Positions 30,726 to 44,576 of a stretch of 64,000 bases of DNA are shown one piece after another. Under the pieces are notes generated by a model. The model searched no databases. It was not told the origin of the DNA and saw only the letters and a program-made list of their open reading frames with translations. The translations under genes and the position numbers were made by a program. The DNA comes from Escherichia coli (GTDB taxonomy: Bacteria; Pseudomonadota; Gammaproteobacteria; Enterobacterales; Enterobacteriaceae), in NCBI RefSeq assembly GCF_041248615.1, contig NZ_CP158426.1; one strand, written 5' to 3'. Positions within the stretch are counted from its first letter, which is position 1, and each line of letters begins with the position of its first letter.

Positions 30726-31990
30726 ATTTGCCTCCGGGCTTTATCGAATGGCGTTACGTTGTAGTCTTTCCCGCTTTCCAGTGCCACCAGCAGATCAGCC
30801 CACTGTGCCAGCGCAGCTTTACGCTCATCAAAATACTGATGGCGGTTATAAATCCCCTCCACACCCTTAATGCGATGATTGAGGCATCGTTCCGCTACGA
30901 CAGGATCAACACCCAATGCTGCTAAATGAGTACGTGCGGTACGCCGGAAGTCGTGAATCGTGAAATTAGGCACATCCGGCATTTCGGCGCGAACCTTAGC
31001 CAGTGCTACGGGTAAAGTGCTTTCCTGAATATGTGGGATCATTCTGTTTTGCATCTTCCTGGCTGGAAGCACCCATGCGCTATTACATGAAAAGGTGTGT
31101 AGCTCTCTCAACCATTCAACGGCTGGGGAAGGTAGAGGTATATCAATAGGGTCTCCGTTTTTGCTGCGTTCTTCCGGCAAATGCCATACCGCACCATCTA
31201 AATCAAACTCTTCCCATCGTGCGGCGCATAACTCCATCTTACGAACGCATAGTGCCAGCAATAGCTTAAATGTCAGTTCGTTCTGGCGGCTGAATCCTTT
31301 TGCGGTGCGCATAGCTTCGAATAGCCTGATAAGCTCATCGCGAGTTAGCCAACGGTCGCGGGAAACCTCTTTACCACCAGCATCAGATACTTCAAACGCT
31401 GAACAAGGGTTTATCTCCAGAGCGTGGCGTTTTATCCCATAGTCAAAGATACGGCGTGTCCAGCGTAATACATCTGTTGCTATCGTTGGTGCTCCTCGGT
31501 CAACGATACCTTTCAACATGTCGTCAATGTGGCGTGGCTTAACGTCCTCCACCTTCATATGCCCAATGCAGGGGTTAATATCCTTATCAATTCTCCGGCG
31601 AAGGATATCGGGATGTTTCCATCTTGGAAGTATCTGGCGCTCGAAGTATTCGGCGGCCAGATCTGAAACGCGCATGGCGTTTTTCTCAGCCTCCATTTTT
31701 GCCAGTGCTTCAGCTTTTCGTTCCTGTTTCTCTGCTGCTACGTCATAGCCAAGAGCAACTCTGGCTGACAGCTCTTTTGCTGTTTCTCTGGCTTTTGATA
31801 GTGACAGTTCGGAGTAAGAGCCTATAACCATAGCCCGCTGCTTTCCTGCGAGCTTATAGCGGAATCGCCAGAACGGGACTGTGTAGTTTTTTGGGTAGCA
31901 AATATAAAGGCCGTTGCCGTCTGCCTTGCCATCAAATCTGTCTCCCGCCTTTATCCATGCGCGGATCTGCATATCTGTGAGTTTTGGCAT
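30722..31990 (-). CDS. int: tyrosine integrase, P4-family (arm-binding N-terminal domain)
   Basis: ORF trimmed to MPKLTDMQIRAWIKAGDRF (about 422 aa); C-terminal catalytic region with HDFRRTARTHL and tyrosine near end; adjacent to island boundary. Confidence 0.85.
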   Translation of the reverse strand: MPKLTDMQIRAWIKAGDRFDGKADGNGLYICYPKNYTVPFWRFRYKLAGKQRAMVIGSYSELSLSKARETAKELSARVALGYDVAAEKQERKAEALAKMEAEKNAMRVSDLAAEYFERQILPRWKHPDILRRRIDKDINPCIGHMKVEDVKPRHIDDMLKGIVDRGAPTIATDVLRWTRRIFDYGIKRHALEINPCSAFEVSDAGGKEVSRDRWLTRDELIRLFEAMRTAKGFSRQNELTFKLLLALCVRKMELCAARWEEFDLDGAVWHLPEERSKNGDPIDIPLPSPAVEWLRELHTFSCNSAWVLPARKMQNRMIPHIQESTLPVALAKVRAEMPDVPNFTIHDFRRTARTHLAALGVDPVVAERCLNHRIKGVEGIYNRHQYFDERKAALAQWADLLVALESGKDYNVTPFDKARRQM

Positions 31991-32047
31991 TGCGAATACC
32001 TGAATATCGAATATGGGTGTGTACATAAAGCAATGTACATGAAAGTC

Positions 32048-32071
32048 ATTATGTACACCTCTATGTACACG
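32048..32071. repeat. Right island-boundary direct repeat (att-like), ATTATGTACACCTCTATGTACACG, with further TGTACAT motifs at 32020-32040
   Basis: 22/24 identity with 13035-13058; four TGTACA(T/C) copies between int start and repeat. Confidence 0.6.
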
Positions 32072-32114
32072 CATATTGTGCGCTTTGTTGCGTCGTTATG
32101 ATAGCTCATGATAA

Positions 32115-32150
32115 CAAAAAAGCCCGACATTTCGCGGGCTTTGTGGTTTT
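32115..32150 (-). terminator. Rho-independent terminator downstream of yicC
   Basis: Stem AAAGCCCG / CGGGCTTT flanked by A-run and T-run. Confidence 0.6.
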
Positions 32151-32178
32151 TTGCTGCTTGGTGATTTTTATTGATAGC

Positions 32179-33042
32179 TTATTCGATATTCTGGATCTGC
32201 TCGCGCATCTGCTCAATCAACACTTTCAGCTCGATGGCAGAATTCGTCACTTCGGCATTGATAGATTTCGACGCAAGAGTGTTCGACTCGCGGTTGAACT
32301 CCTGCATCATAAAGTCCAGACGACGACCAACCGCTTCTTTTTTCTTCAGAATGTTGTAGGTCTCTTTGACATGCGCTTCGAGGCGGTCCAGTTCTTCGGC
32401 AACGTCAATTCGTTGTGCCAGCAGAACCAACTCCTGCTCCAGACGGTTGTTTTCCAGTTGCACCTGAGCATCTTCCAGCTTCGCGACCAGACGCTCACGC
32501 TGCCATTGCAGGATTTCCGGCATATGGGCGCGGACTTTGACCACTTCGGCGGTGACGCCTTCCAGACGCTGCTCGATCAATGCTTTCAGCGCCTGACCTT
32601 CGGTTTCGCGCGCGACGATAAAGTCGTCCAGCGTACCATCCAACGCCGCGAGAATTTCAGCGGCAATCGCGTCGAGATCCTGCTCCTGGGCTGCCATCAC
32701 GCCCGGCCAGCGTAGAATATCAACCGGGTTGATTTCCCCTTCGTCACTCTGCATTTTTACCCAGTTCGCGGCAGTTACCAGCTGTTTAGCCAGTTTTTCG
32801 TTGAGGATCAGCTCACCTTGTGCGCTAACATCTGGTTCATAGCGCAGGGTACATTCCACTTTACCGCGCGTCAGGCGAGAACGAATACGCTCGCGAACGA
32901 CAGGTTCAAGGCTACGGAACTGCTCCGGCAGACGAAAGTAAGTTTCCAGATAACGCTGGTTTACCGAGCGCATTTCCCAGGTTGCGCTCCCCCATTCACC
33001 CTTGATTTCACGCCGGGCGTAGGCGGTCATACTGCGGATCAT
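32179..33042 (-). CDS. yicC: YicC-family stress-induced protein
   Basis: 287-aa ORF MIRSMTAYARREIKGEWGSATWEMRSVNQRYLE; divergent from rph. Confidence 0.9.
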   Translation of the reverse strand: MIRSMTAYARREIKGEWGSATWEMRSVNQRYLETYFRLPEQFRSLEPVVRERIRSRLTRGKVECTLRYEPDVSAQGELILNEKLAKQLVTAANWVKMQSDEGEINPVDILRWPGVMAAQEQDLDAIAAEILAALDGTLDDFIVARETEGQALKALIEQRLEGVTAEVVKVRAHMPEILQWQRERLVAKLEDAQVQLENNRLEQELVLLAQRIDVAEELDRLEAHVKETYNILKKKEAVGRRLDFMMQEFNRESNTLASKSINAEVTNSAIELKVLIEQMREQIQNIE

Positions 33043-33168
33043 AGACGTTCCTGTTTATAAAAGGAGAGGTGGAAGGATTATAGCCATCGATGCCTTGTCA
33101 GGATAGGAATAACCGCCGGAAGTCCGTATAATGCGCAGCCACATTTGTTTCAAGCCGGAGATTTCAAT

Positions 33169-33885
33169 ATGCGTCCAGCAGGCCGTAGCAATAATCAGGT
33201 GCGTCCCGTTACCCTGACTCGTAACTATACAAAACATGCAGAAGGCTCGGTGCTGGTCGAATTTGGCGATACCAAAGTATTGTGTACCGCCTCTATTGAA
33301 GAAGGCGTGCCGCGCTTCCTGAAAGGTCAGGGCCAGGGCTGGATCACCGCAGAGTACGGCATGCTGCCACGTTCTACCCACACCCGTAACGCGCGTGAAG
33401 CGGCGAAAGGTAAGCAGGGTGGACGCACCATGGAAATCCAGCGTCTGATCGCCCGTGCTCTTCGTGCGGCAGTAGATTTGAAAGCGCTGGGTGAGTTCAC
33501 TATTACGCTGGACTGCGACGTGCTTCAGGCTGATGGTGGCACGCGTACCGCTTCGATTACGGGTGCCTGCGTGGCGCTGGCAGATGCGCTACAGAAGCTG
33601 GTGGAAAACGGCAAGCTGAAAACCAACCCGATGAAAGGGATGGTAGCCGCAGTTTCTGTCGGGATTGTGAACGGCGAAGCGGTTTGCGATCTGGAATACG
33701 TTGAAGACTCTGCCGCTGAAACGGACATGAACGTGGTGATGACTGAAGACGGGCGCATCATTGAAGTGCAGGGGACGGCAGAAGGCGAGCCGTTCACCCA
33801 TGAAGAGCTTCTCACCTTGTTGGCGCTGGCCCGAGGGGGAATCGAATCCATTGTAGCGACGCAGAAGGCGGCGCTGGCAAACTGA
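33169..33885 (+). CDS. rph: ribonuclease PH (full length)
   Basis: ORF trimmed to [20 protein letters not shown] (238 aa), ends ...ATQKAALAN. Confidence 0.92.
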   Translation: MRPAGRSNNQVRPVTLTRNYTKHAEGSVLVEFGDTKVLCTASIEEGVPRFLKGQGQGWITAEYGMLPRSTHTRNAREAAKGKQGGRTMEIQRLIARALRAAVDLKALGEFTITLDCDVLQADGGTRTASITGACVALADALQKLVENGKLKTNPMKGMVAAVSVGIVNGEAVCDLEYVEDSAAETDMNVVMTEDGRIIEVQGTAEGEPFTHEELLTLLALARGGIESIVATQKAALAN

Positions 33886-33890
33886 TTTTT

Positions 33891-33918
33891 AAGGCGACTG
33901 ATGAGTCGCCTTTTTTTT
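33891..33918 (+). terminator. pyrE attenuator hairpin (intrinsic terminator in rph-pyrE intercistronic region)
   Basis: AAGGCGACTGATGAGTCGCC followed by 8 T, 33 nt before pyrE start. Confidence 0.8.
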
Positions 33919-33950
33919 GTCTGTAGAAAAGTAAGATGAGGAGCGAAGGC

Positions 33951-34592
33951 ATGAAACCATATCAGCGCCAGTTTATTGAATTTGCGCTTAGCAAGCAGGT
34001 GTTAAAGTTTGGCGAGTTTACGCTGAAATCCGGGCGCAAAAGCCCCTATTTCTTCAACGCCGGGCTGTTTAATACCGGGCGCGATCTGGCACTGTTAGGC
34101 CGTTTTTACGCTGAAGCATTGGTGGATTCCGGCATTGAGTTCGATCTGCTGTTTGGCCCTGCTTACAAAGGGATCCCGATTGCCACCACAACTGCCGTGG
34201 CGCTGGCGGAGCATCATGACCTGGACCTGCCGTACTGCTTTAACCGCAAAGAAGCAAAAGACCACGGTGAAGGCGGCAATCTGGTCGGTAGCGCGTTACA
34301 AGGACGCGTAATGCTGGTGGATGATGTGATCACCGCCGGAACGGCGATCCGCGAGTCGATGGAAATTATTCAGGCCAATGGCGCGACGCTTGCTGGCGTA
34401 TTGATTTCGCTCGATCGTCAGGAACGGGGGCGCGGCGAGATTTCGGCAATTCAGGAAGTTGAGCGTGATTACAACTGCAAAGTGATCTCTATCATCACCC
34501 TGAAAGACCTGATTGCTTACCTGGAAGAGAAGCCGGAAATGGCGGAACATCTGGCGGCGGTTAAGGCCTATCGCGAAGAGTTCGGCGTTTAA
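33951..34592 (+). CDS. pyrE: orotate phosphoribosyltransferase
   Basis: ORF trimmed to [23 protein letters not shown] (213 aa). Confidence 0.93.
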
Positions 34593-34628
34593 AGAAACTC
34601 GCCGGATGAAAAGTCATCCGGCGTCATA

Positions 34629-35225
34629 TTACTGCAACTGTGCGGCAATTAGCGGCCAGCGGGCGTCAAAATCATCCGTCGGGCGGTATTTAAACTCGCT
34701 GCGGACAAAGCGTGACAGCATACCTTCACAGAAGGCCAGGATCTGGCTTGCCAGCAGGGTTTCATCGGTGGTGTAACCTTCACCCTCACGCATTCTCTTT
34801 TCGCGCAATACCTGACGCAACTGCGCTTCAATACGCTCGAACAGCTGGTTGATGCGCCCTTGCAGGCGATCCTGTTCAAACATTAGTGCATGACCAGTGA
34901 GGATGCGGGTCAGGCCAGGATTACGCTCACCAAAACCGAGAAGCAGCAACACAATCAGACGCAGGCGCGCTGTGGTGTCCTTCTCATCTTTCAGAATCAG
35001 ATTGATGCGAGTAATCAGGCTATCTTCGATAAACTCAATCAGGCTATCGAACATGCGGGTCTTACTGGGGAAGTGGCGATACAGTGCCGCTTCGGAAACG
35101 CCGACAGAGGCGGCCAGTTTTGCCGTCGTGATACGTTGGCTTCCATCGCTGGATTCCAGCATCAGCGCCAGAGACTGAAGTATTTCCTCGCGACGGTTCC
35201 TTTTCGCAGTTTGTTTTTCTGCCAT
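34629..35225 (-). CDS. slmA: nucleoid occlusion factor SlmA (TetR family)
   Basis: ORF trimmed to [20 protein letters not shown] (198 aa). Confidence 0.9.
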
Positions 35226-35331
35226 GTTACAAAATACCCCTGAAAATAAGCACTTGCCAGGCGGCACCCACGCTATGACCGCAAACGAAATGTTTGCGGC
35301 TATGTTATGACGTTATTCGGATGCGTATGTG

Positions 35332-35790
35332 TTACTGACGACCAGAGTGACCAAAGCCGCCTTCACCGCGGTCGGTGGCGTCGAAATCTTCCACCAGATT
35401 AAATTCAGCCTGTACTACCGGAACAAAAATCATCTGGGCGATGCGTTCGCCAGGTTGAATGGTGAAGCTGTCCTGACCACGGTTCCACACGGAAATCATC
35501 AACTGGCCCTGATAGTCAGAATCGATCAATCCTACCAGGTTACCAAGCACGATACCGTGCTTATGTCCCAATCCGGAGCGCGGCAGCATCATTGCCGCCA
35601 GTGAAGGATCGGCAATATGAATCGCCAGCCCGGTCGGAACCAGCGTAGTGTCACCCGGAGCCAGTTCTACGGCGTCGTCGAGACAGGCACGCAGGTCAAG
35701 TCCGGCAGAGCCAGAGGTGGCATAAGTCGGGAGCGGAAATTCCTTCCCAACGCGCGGGTCCAGAATCTTAACGTCGATTTTTTTCATCAT
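35332..35790 (-). CDS. dut: dUTP diphosphatase
   Basis: 152-aa [24 protein letters not shown]; start may be second Met. Confidence 0.93.
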
Positions 35791-36988
35791 AACGGGTCAC
35801 GATCTCGTCGAGTAATAATTGGCCAAGGAGCTCTTTGCGCTCAAGCGGTAAGACTTTATCTCCGTCCTGCCAGAAAAGGTGTAATGCGTTGTTGTCGCTG
35901 TTAAATCCTTGAGTTGGCTGGGAAACATCGTTCGCGCAGATCAGATCAAGGTTTTTACGGATACGTTTTTGCCGGGCGTATTCTTCCACATTATTTGTTT
36001 CGGCGGCAAATCCAACGACGTAGGGTCGATGGTCTTTTAGTGCGGCAACGCCTGCGACGATATCGGGGTTTTTAACCATTTTTATTGTTAATTCATCACC
36101 CTGCGTGGCCTGCTTTTTGATTTTCTCTGGGGCCACGGTAGCTGCGCGATAATCCGCCACGGCGGCGCAACCGATAAAAATATTTTGCTGCTGTACAGAA
36201 GCATTCACGGCCGCTTCCATTTCCAGCGCAGTCATCACATCAACACGTTTAACAAACGGTGGCGTCGGTAGTGAAACCGGACCTGATACCAGCGTGACGT
36301 TCGCGCCACGACGGGCAGCGGCGGCGGCGATAGCAAAACCCATCTTGCCGGAGCTGTGATTAGAGATATAACGCACGGGATCGAGCGGTTCACGCGTCGG
36401 GCCGGCGGTAATCATAATGTTCAGATGTTTCAGGTCGTTGACGGGCGAAAAATGCGCCACCGCCATATCCACAATGGTTAACGGATCGAGCATTCGCCCA
36501 GGACCGATATCACCACAAGCCTGACTGCCACTGTCTGGCCCCCAGATGAGCAAACCACGGGAAGCAAGCACCTCTAAATTATGCTGCGTGGCAGCGGCAC
36601 GGTACATCTGCTGGTTCATGGCGGGGAGCACGGCTACAGGCGCAGGTGTAGCCAGACAAATCGTCGATACCAGGTCATTCGCCATTCCGGCAGCAACACG
36701 GGCAATCAAATCTGCCGTGGCAGGGGCGAGAATCACTAAATCAGCCCATTTACCCAGCTCAATATGGCCCATAGCGGCTTCGGCTGCCGGGTCCAGCAGA
36801 CTGTCGGAAACGGGATAACCAGAAACCGCCTGCAAGCTAAGTGGGGTGATAAAGGCTTTTGCCGCTTCGGTCATGGCTACGCGGACGTCGGCCCCGCGAT
36901 CGCGCAAACGACGCACCAGTTCAGGGGTTTTATAGGCAGCAATACCGCCGCTGACGCCGAGAACGATTTTTTTACCGGCCAGGCTCAT
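35768..36988 (-). CDS. coaBC: bifunctional phosphopantothenoylcysteine decarboxylase / synthetase CoaBC (Dfp)
   Basis: ORF trimmed to [20 protein letters not shown] (406 aa). Confidence 0.92.
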
Positions 36989-37159
36989 GATGATTTTTCC
37001 TGTTGGGTGACACCAGAAGTTGGCGATTTTATCACAATACTTTTGTTGTCGTGCCTTCACCTGAGAATCACTTTGCGAGGCGCTTTCCAGGATTGAAAAC
37101 TGGCCGTCGATTTAACGGAACGGCTATGACAGGATGCGAGCACCACAAAGGAGGTGAAG

Positions 37160-37828
37160 GTGAAAAACAATGCACAGCTGTTGATGCCGCGCGAAAAAAT
37201 GCTGAAGTTTGGTATTAGCGCCTTAACGGATGTCGAGCTGCTGGCGCTATTTCTGCGTACCGGAACGCGCGGTAAAGATGTATTAACCCTGGCAAAAGAG
37301 ATGCTGGAGAATTTCGGCTCTCTTTATGGCTTGTTAACCTCTGAATATGAACAATTTAGTGGTGTTCATGGAATTGGCGTGGCGAAATTTGCCCAGTTAA
37401 AGGGGATTGCTGAACTAGCGCGGCGTTACTACAACGTGCGGATGCGTGAAGAAAGCCCTTTACTCAGCCCGGAGATGACGCGGGAATTTTTACAAAGCCA
37501 GCTCACGGGTGAGGAGCGGGAGATCTTTATGGTGATCTTTCTCGACTCACAACACCGGGTTATAACGCATAGCCGTCTTTTTTCCGGCACGCTAAACCAT
37601 GTTGAAGTCCATCCTCGGGAAATTATCCGCGAAGCGATAAAAATAAATGCCTCGGCGCTGATCCTTGCACATAATCACCCTTCGGGTTGTGCTGAACCCA
37701 GTAAAGCGGATAAACTCATTACTGAACGGATAATAAAGAGTTGTCAGTTCATGGATTTACGCGTGCTCGACCATATCGTGATTGGGCGTGGAGAGTATGT
37801 TTCTTTTGCCGAACGCGGCTGGATTTAA
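37160..37828 (+). CDS. yicR: UPF0758/RadC-like protein YicR
   Basis: GTG start 6 nt after AAGGAGG giving [17 protein letters not shown]-like HNHPSG motif. Confidence 0.85.
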
Positions 37829-38023
37829 CCCGCTATGCGCGATCCTTCGGGATCTTTGTCTGTTCGGGACTTGAGCACATCGCTGAGTCAGCGTATACTA
37901 CGCCACCTTTGAGAATCTCGGGTTTGGCATTTGGGCCTGGCAATCGAGAGTTCACATAGAACTGCGATGACCGGGCTGTAAAGCCTGACGAGGCGCCAAT
38001 ACCCCATACGAAGCTCGAGCTAA

Positions 38024-38281
<258 letters not shown>

Positions 38282-38298
38282 GTACTTAGAGGAAATAA

Positions 38299-38469
<171 letters not shown>

Positions 38470-38493
38470 TTTTTGCTTTGATGTAACGAAAAA

Positions 38494-38516
38494 CCTCGCC
38501 CCGGCGGGGTTTTTTG
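38494..38516 (+). terminator. Intrinsic terminator after rpmBG
   Basis: CCTCGCCCCGGCGGGG followed by TTTTTT. Confidence 0.7.
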
Positions 38517-38566
38517 TTATCTGCCTGCCCCCATATTGACTGCATCTGTTCATTCCTGGAGATGCT

Positions 38567-39376
38567 ATGCCTGAATTACCCGAAGTTGAAACCAGCCGTC
38601 GCGGCATAGAACCGCATCTCGTTGGTGCAACCATTCTTCATGCGGTGGTGCGCAACGGACGCTTGCGCTGGCCGGTTTCAGAAGAGATCTACCGTTTAAG
38701 CGACCAACCAGTGCTTAGCGTGCAGCGGCGGGCTAAATATCTGCTGCTGGAGCTGCCTGAGGGCTGGATTATCATTCATTTGGGGATGTCTGGCAGTCTG
38801 CGCATCCTTCCAGAAGAACTTCCCCCTGAAAAGCATGACCATGTGGATTTGGTGATGAGCAACGGTAAAGTGCTGCGCTACACCGATCCGCGCCGCTTTG
38901 GTGCCTGGCTATGGACCAAAGAGCTGGAAGGGCACAACGTTCTGGCCCATCTTGGACCGGAGCCGCTTAGCGACGATTTCAACGGTGAGTACCTGCATCA
39001 GAAGTGCGAGAAGAAAAAAACGGCGATTAAACCGTGGCTGATGGATAACAAGCTGGTGGTAGGGGTAGGGAATATCTATGCCAGCGAATCACTGTTTGCG
39101 GCGGGGATCCATCCGGATCGGCTGGCGTCATCACTGTCGCTGGCAGAGTGTGAATTGTTAGCTCGGGTGATTAAAGCGGTGTTGCTGCGTTCGATTGAGC
39201 AGGGCGGTACAACGCTGAAAGATTTTCTGCAAAGTGATGGTAAACCGGGCTATTTCGCGCAGGAATTGCAGGTTTACGGGCGAAAAGGCGAGCCGTGTCG
39301 GGTGTGCGGTACGCCGATTGTGGCGACTAAACATGCGCAGCGGGCAACGTTTTATTGTCGGCAGTGCCAGAAGTAA
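38567..39376 (+). CDS. mutM: formamidopyrimidine-DNA glycosylase
   Basis: 269-aa [25 protein letters not shown]-terminal zinc finger CRVCGTPI...CRQCQ. Confidence 0.95.
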   Translation: MPELPEVETSRRGIEPHLVGATILHAVVRNGRLRWPVSEEIYRLSDQPVLSVQRRAKYLLLELPEGWIIIHLGMSGSLRILPEELPPEKHDHVDLVMSNGKVLRYTDPRRFGAWLWTKELEGHNVLAHLGPEPLSDDFNGEYLHQKCEKKKTAIKPWLMDNKLVVGVGNIYASESLFAAGIHPDRLASSLSLAECELLARVIKAVLLRSIEQGGTTLKDFLQSDGKPGYFAQELQVYGRKGEPCRVCGTPIVATKHAQRATFYCRQCQK

Positions 39377-39414
39377 TTCATGCGCGCCGGATGGCATACC
39401 ATCCGGCATAAACG

Positions 39415-41179
<1,765 letters not shown>

Positions 41180-41530
41180 AGTAAATAGCTGACTTATGGA
41201 TGTGCTGGGGATTCTATGTATTTAGCTGTGGCTTTACCATTACTTTTCCCGTTTTTGACTTAAATAGCAATTTACCCGCCAATTCTTGCTGAACATCTAT
41301 ACTTTTTTTGTATTTTTATGCGATTCATTGATTTCTGCAGTACGTGCAGGAAGGAATCGCAGAGCAACAGTAAAAGAATATAGTTGCTAATGATTTTATT
41401 TGATTGATTTCTTTATTGAAAATCAACAATGTGCTTAAAAATCATTCGGGTCGGATTGCCGCGAAAGAAGTGATACACTAGCGCGTCAATATCAGTGCGG
41501 TATCAGTATTCAGGTAGCTGTTGAGCCTGG

Positions 41531-41542
41531 GGCGGTAGCGTG
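41531..41542 (+). promoter_or_regulatory. ops element GGCGGTAGCGTG (RfaH-dependent antitermination, within JUMPStart) upstream of waaQ
   Basis: Exact 12-mer read about 50 nt before waaQ start. Confidence 0.8.
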
Positions 41543-41591
41543 CTTTTTCTGCTTCACCTTAATCGGATAATCTCAACAAAAAGAGTTACTT

Positions 41592-42650
41592 GTGGATAAG
41601 CCATTTCGAAGAATTTTGCTCATTAAGATGCGTTTTCATGGGGATATGTTATTAACTACTCCCGTCATTAGTTCGCTGAAAAAAAATTACCCTGACGCAA
41701 AAATCGATGTGCTGCTTTATCAGGACACCATCCCGATCCTGTCTGAAAATCCAGAGATTAACGCGCTCTACGGCATAAAAAATAAAAAAGCAAAAGCCTC
41801 AGAAAAAATTGCCAACTTTTTTCATCTCATCAAGGTATTACGTGCCAATAAGTATGACCTTATCGTCAATCTTACCGATCAATGGATGGTTGCTATACTG
41901 GTTCGCTTATTAAATGCCCGTGTGAAAATTTCCCAGGATTATCATCATCGGCAGTCTGCTTTTTGGCGTAATAGTTTCACTCATTTGGTGCCGTTGCAGG
42001 GTGGAAATGTGGTGGAAAGTAACTTATCCGTGCTGTCGCCATTGGGACTTGAATCGTTGGTGAAGCAGACAACCATGAGTTACCCGCCTGCAAGCTGGAA
42101 ACGTATGCGTCGCGAACTTGATCACGCTGGTGTTGGACAAAATTATGTGGTTATCCAACCTACGGCGCGGCAAATCTTCAAATGTTGGGACAACGCCAAG
42201 TTTTCCGCTGTGATTGATGCCTTACATGCTCGTGGTTATGAAGTCGTTCTGACGTCCGGCCCAGATAAAGACGATCTGGTCTGCGTCAATGAAATTGCGC
42301 AGGGATGCCAGACACCACCAGTAACGGCGCTGGCCGGAAAGGTGACCTTCCCGGAACTTGGTGCGTTAATCGATCATGCGCAGCTGTTTATTGGCGTTGA
42401 CTCCGCACCGGCGCATATTGCCGCAGCAGTTAATACGCCGCTGATATCGCTGTTTGGTGCGACAGACCATATTTTCTGGCGTCCTTGGTCAAATAACATG
42501 ATTCAATTCTGGGCGGGAGATTACCGGGAAATGCCAACGCGCGATCAGCGTGACCGAAATGAGATGTATCTTTCGGTTATTCCGGCGGCAGATGTCATTG
42601 CTGCTGTCGATAAATTACTGCCCTCCTCCACGACAGGTACGTCGTTATGA
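41592..42650 (+). CDS. waaQ: LPS heptosyltransferase III WaaQ
   Basis: 352-aa ORF from GTG (alternative ATG at 41628, MRFHGDMLLTTPV); GT9 heptosyltransferase-like; first gene after ops. Confidence 0.85.
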   Translation: MDKPFRRILLIKMRFHGDMLLTTPVISSLKKNYPDAKIDVLLYQDTIPILSENPEINALYGIKNKKAKASEKIANFFHLIKVLRANKYDLIVNLTDQWMVAILVRLLNARVKISQDYHHRQSAFWRNSFTHLVPLQGGNVVESNLSVLSPLGLESLVKQTTMSYPPASWKRMRRELDHAGVGQNYVVIQPTARQIFKCWDNAKFSAVIDALHARGYEVVLTSGPDKDDLVCVNEIAQGCQTPPVTALAGKVTFPELGALIDHAQLFIGVDSAPAHIAAAVNTPLISLFGATDHIFWRPWSNNMIQFWAGDYREMPTRDQRDRNEMYLSVIPAADVIAAVDKLLPSSTTGTSL

Positions 42651-43771
42651 TCGTTGCTTTTTGTTTATATAAATATTTTCCCTTTGGCGGTTTGCAGCGC
42701 GATTTTATGCGTATTGCTCAGACAGTCGCCGCCCGAGGTCATCATGTTCGGGTTTATGCCCAGTCGTGGGAAGGCGAATGCCCTGATGTATTTGAACTGA
42801 TCAAAGTGCCGGTTAAATCGCATACCAATCACGGGCGCAATGCGGAGTATTTTGCTTGGGTGCAAAAACATTTACGTGAACATCCCGTCGATAGAGTTGT
42901 TGGATTCAACAAAATGCCGGGGCTGGACGTTTATTATGCCGCTGATGTTTGTTATGCCGAGAAAGTAGCGCAGGAGAAAGGCTTTTTCTATCGCCTTACG
43001 TCACGTTATCGCCATTATGCCGCCTTTGAGCGGGCAACCTTCGAACAGGGCAAGCCGACACAGCTGCTGATGCTGACAGATAAGCAAATCGCCGATTTCC
43101 AGAAACATTATCAGACTGAAGCGGAGCGTTTTCATATTCTACCACCGGGGATTTATCCTGATCGTAAATATAGCCAGCAGCCAGCCAATAGCCGTGAAAT
43201 CTTCCGTAAGAAGAATGGAATAACCGAACAACAATATTTATTGTTGCAGGTTGGTTCAGACTTCACGCGTAAAGGTGTCGATCGTTCCATTGAAGCACTT
43301 GCTTCGTTACCGGATTCGCTGCGCCACAACACATTGCTATATGTTGTTGGGCAGGATAAACCGCGAAAATTTGAGGCGCTGGCAGAAAAACGCGGCGTGC
43401 GCAGTAATGTTCACTTCTTCTCGGGGCGCAACGATGTCTCGGAATTAATGGCGGCGGCGGATTTATTACTGCATCCTGCCTACCAGGAAGCCGCGGGAAT
43501 TGTACTGCTGGAAGCGATAACTGCAGGATTACCGGTACTAACAACAGCCGTTTGTGGCTATGCGCATTATATTGTCGACGCCAATTGCGGCGAGGCTATT
43601 GCTGAGCCATTCCGCCAGGAAACATTGAATGAGATTTTACGCAAAGCGTTAACGCAATCTTCATTGCGCCAGGCCTGGGCGGAAAATGCGCGACATTATG
43701 CTGATACACAAGATTTATACAGTCTGCCAGAGAAAGCGGCGGACATCATAACGGGTGGTCTGGATGGTTGA
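42647..43771 (+). CDS. waaG: LPS glucosyltransferase I WaaG
   Basis: 374-aa GT4-like ORF in conserved waaQGP order. Confidence 0.9.
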   Translation: MIVAFCLYKYFPFGGLQRDFMRIAQTVAARGHHVRVYAQSWEGECPDVFELIKVPVKSHTNHGRNAEYFAWVQKHLREHPVDRVVGFNKMPGLDVYYAADVCYAEKVAQEKGFFYRLTSRYRHYAAFERATFEQGKPTQLLMLTDKQIADFQKHYQTEAERFHILPPGIYPDRKYSQQPANSREIFRKKNGITEQQYLLLQVGSDFTRKGVDRSIEALASLPDSLRHNTLLYVVGQDKPRKFEALAEKRGVRSNVHFFSGRNDVSELMAAADLLLHPAYQEAAGIVLLEAITAGLPVLTTAVCGYAHYIVDANCGEAIAEPFRQETLNEILRKALTQSSLRQAWAENARHYADTQDLYSLPEKAADIITGGLDG

Positions 43772-44561
43772 ACTTAAAGAGCCGTTTGCCACGTTATGGC
43801 GCGGTAAAGATCCTTTTGAGGAAGTTAAAACCTTGCAGGGTGAGGTATTTCGTGAACTGGAAACTCGCCGCACTCTGCGCTTTGAAATGGCGGGCAAAAG
43901 CTATTTTCTCAAATGGCATCGCGGCACGACCCTGAAAGAGATAATCAAAAATTTACTCTCATTGCGGATGCCAGTATTAGGCGCAGACCGCGAATGGAAT
44001 GCGATTCATCGACTGCGGGATGTCGGCGTTGATACTATGTATGGGGTGGCATTCGGCGAAAAAGGCATTAATCCGCTCACCAGAACCTCGTTTATTATAA
44101 CCGAAGATCTGACACCAACCATCAGTCTGGAAGATTACTGTGCTGACTGGGCGACTAACCCACCAGATGTTCGCGTAAAGCGTATGCTTATTAAGCGTGT
44201 CGCGACGATGGTGCGCGATATGCATGCTGCGGGCATTAACCACCGCGACTGTTATATCTGTCATTTCCTGCTACACTTGCCTTTTTCCGGTAAGGAAGAG
44301 GAGTTAAAAATTTCGGTAATTGACCTGCACCGGGCGCAGCTTCGCACGCGCGTTCCACGTCGTTGGCGCGATAAAGATCTTATTGGGCTTTATTTTTCTT
44401 CGATGAATATCGGCCTGACTCAGCGGGATATCTGGCGGTTTATGAAAGTGTATTTTGCCGCCCCGCTTAAAGACATTCTCAAGCAGGAACAAGGACTGCT
44501 GTCGCAAGCAGAAGAAAAAGCCACAAAAATCAGGGAAAGAACGATTCGAAAATCGTTGTAA
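43764..44561 (+). CDS. waaP: LPS core heptose(I) kinase WaaP
   Basis: ORF trimmed to [16 protein letters not shown] (265 aa). Confidence 0.9.
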   Translation: MVELKEPFATLWRGKDPFEEVKTLQGEVFRELETRRTLRFEMAGKSYFLKWHRGTTLKEIIKNLLSLRMPVLGADREWNAIHRLRDVGVDTMYGVAFGEKGINPLTRTSFIITEDLTPTISLEDYCADWATNPPDVRVKRMLIKRVATMVRDMHAAGINHRDCYICHFLLHLPFSGKEEELKISVIDLHRAQLRTRVPRRWRDKDLIGLYFSSMNIGLTQRDIWRFMKVYFAAPLKDILKQEQGLLSQAEEKATKIRERTIRKSL

Positions 44562-44576
44562 TTTCCGGAGATAAAT

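Larger units (their letters stand above)
13035..32071. mobile_element. Integrative genomic island (P4-family integrase / AlpA / primase; satellite- or PICI-like) inserted between dinD and yicC
   Basis: Integrase, AlpA, antirepressor, primase-helicase and iterons flanked by imperfect 24-bp direct repeats; block lies between genes that are adjacent in K-12. Confidence 0.75.

Noticed and set aside
32072..32178. tRNA or tmRNA integration target at the island junction
   Set aside because: No cloverleaf-like sequence found; the junction contains only the yicC terminator hairpin, so the integrase appears to use an intergenic site.
33169..33885. rph frameshift (rph-1) known from K-12 laboratory strains
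   Set aside because: Here rph reads through to the full-length C-terminus (...ATQKAALAN), so no frameshift is present; not noteworthy beyond distinguishing this sequence from K-12 MG1655.
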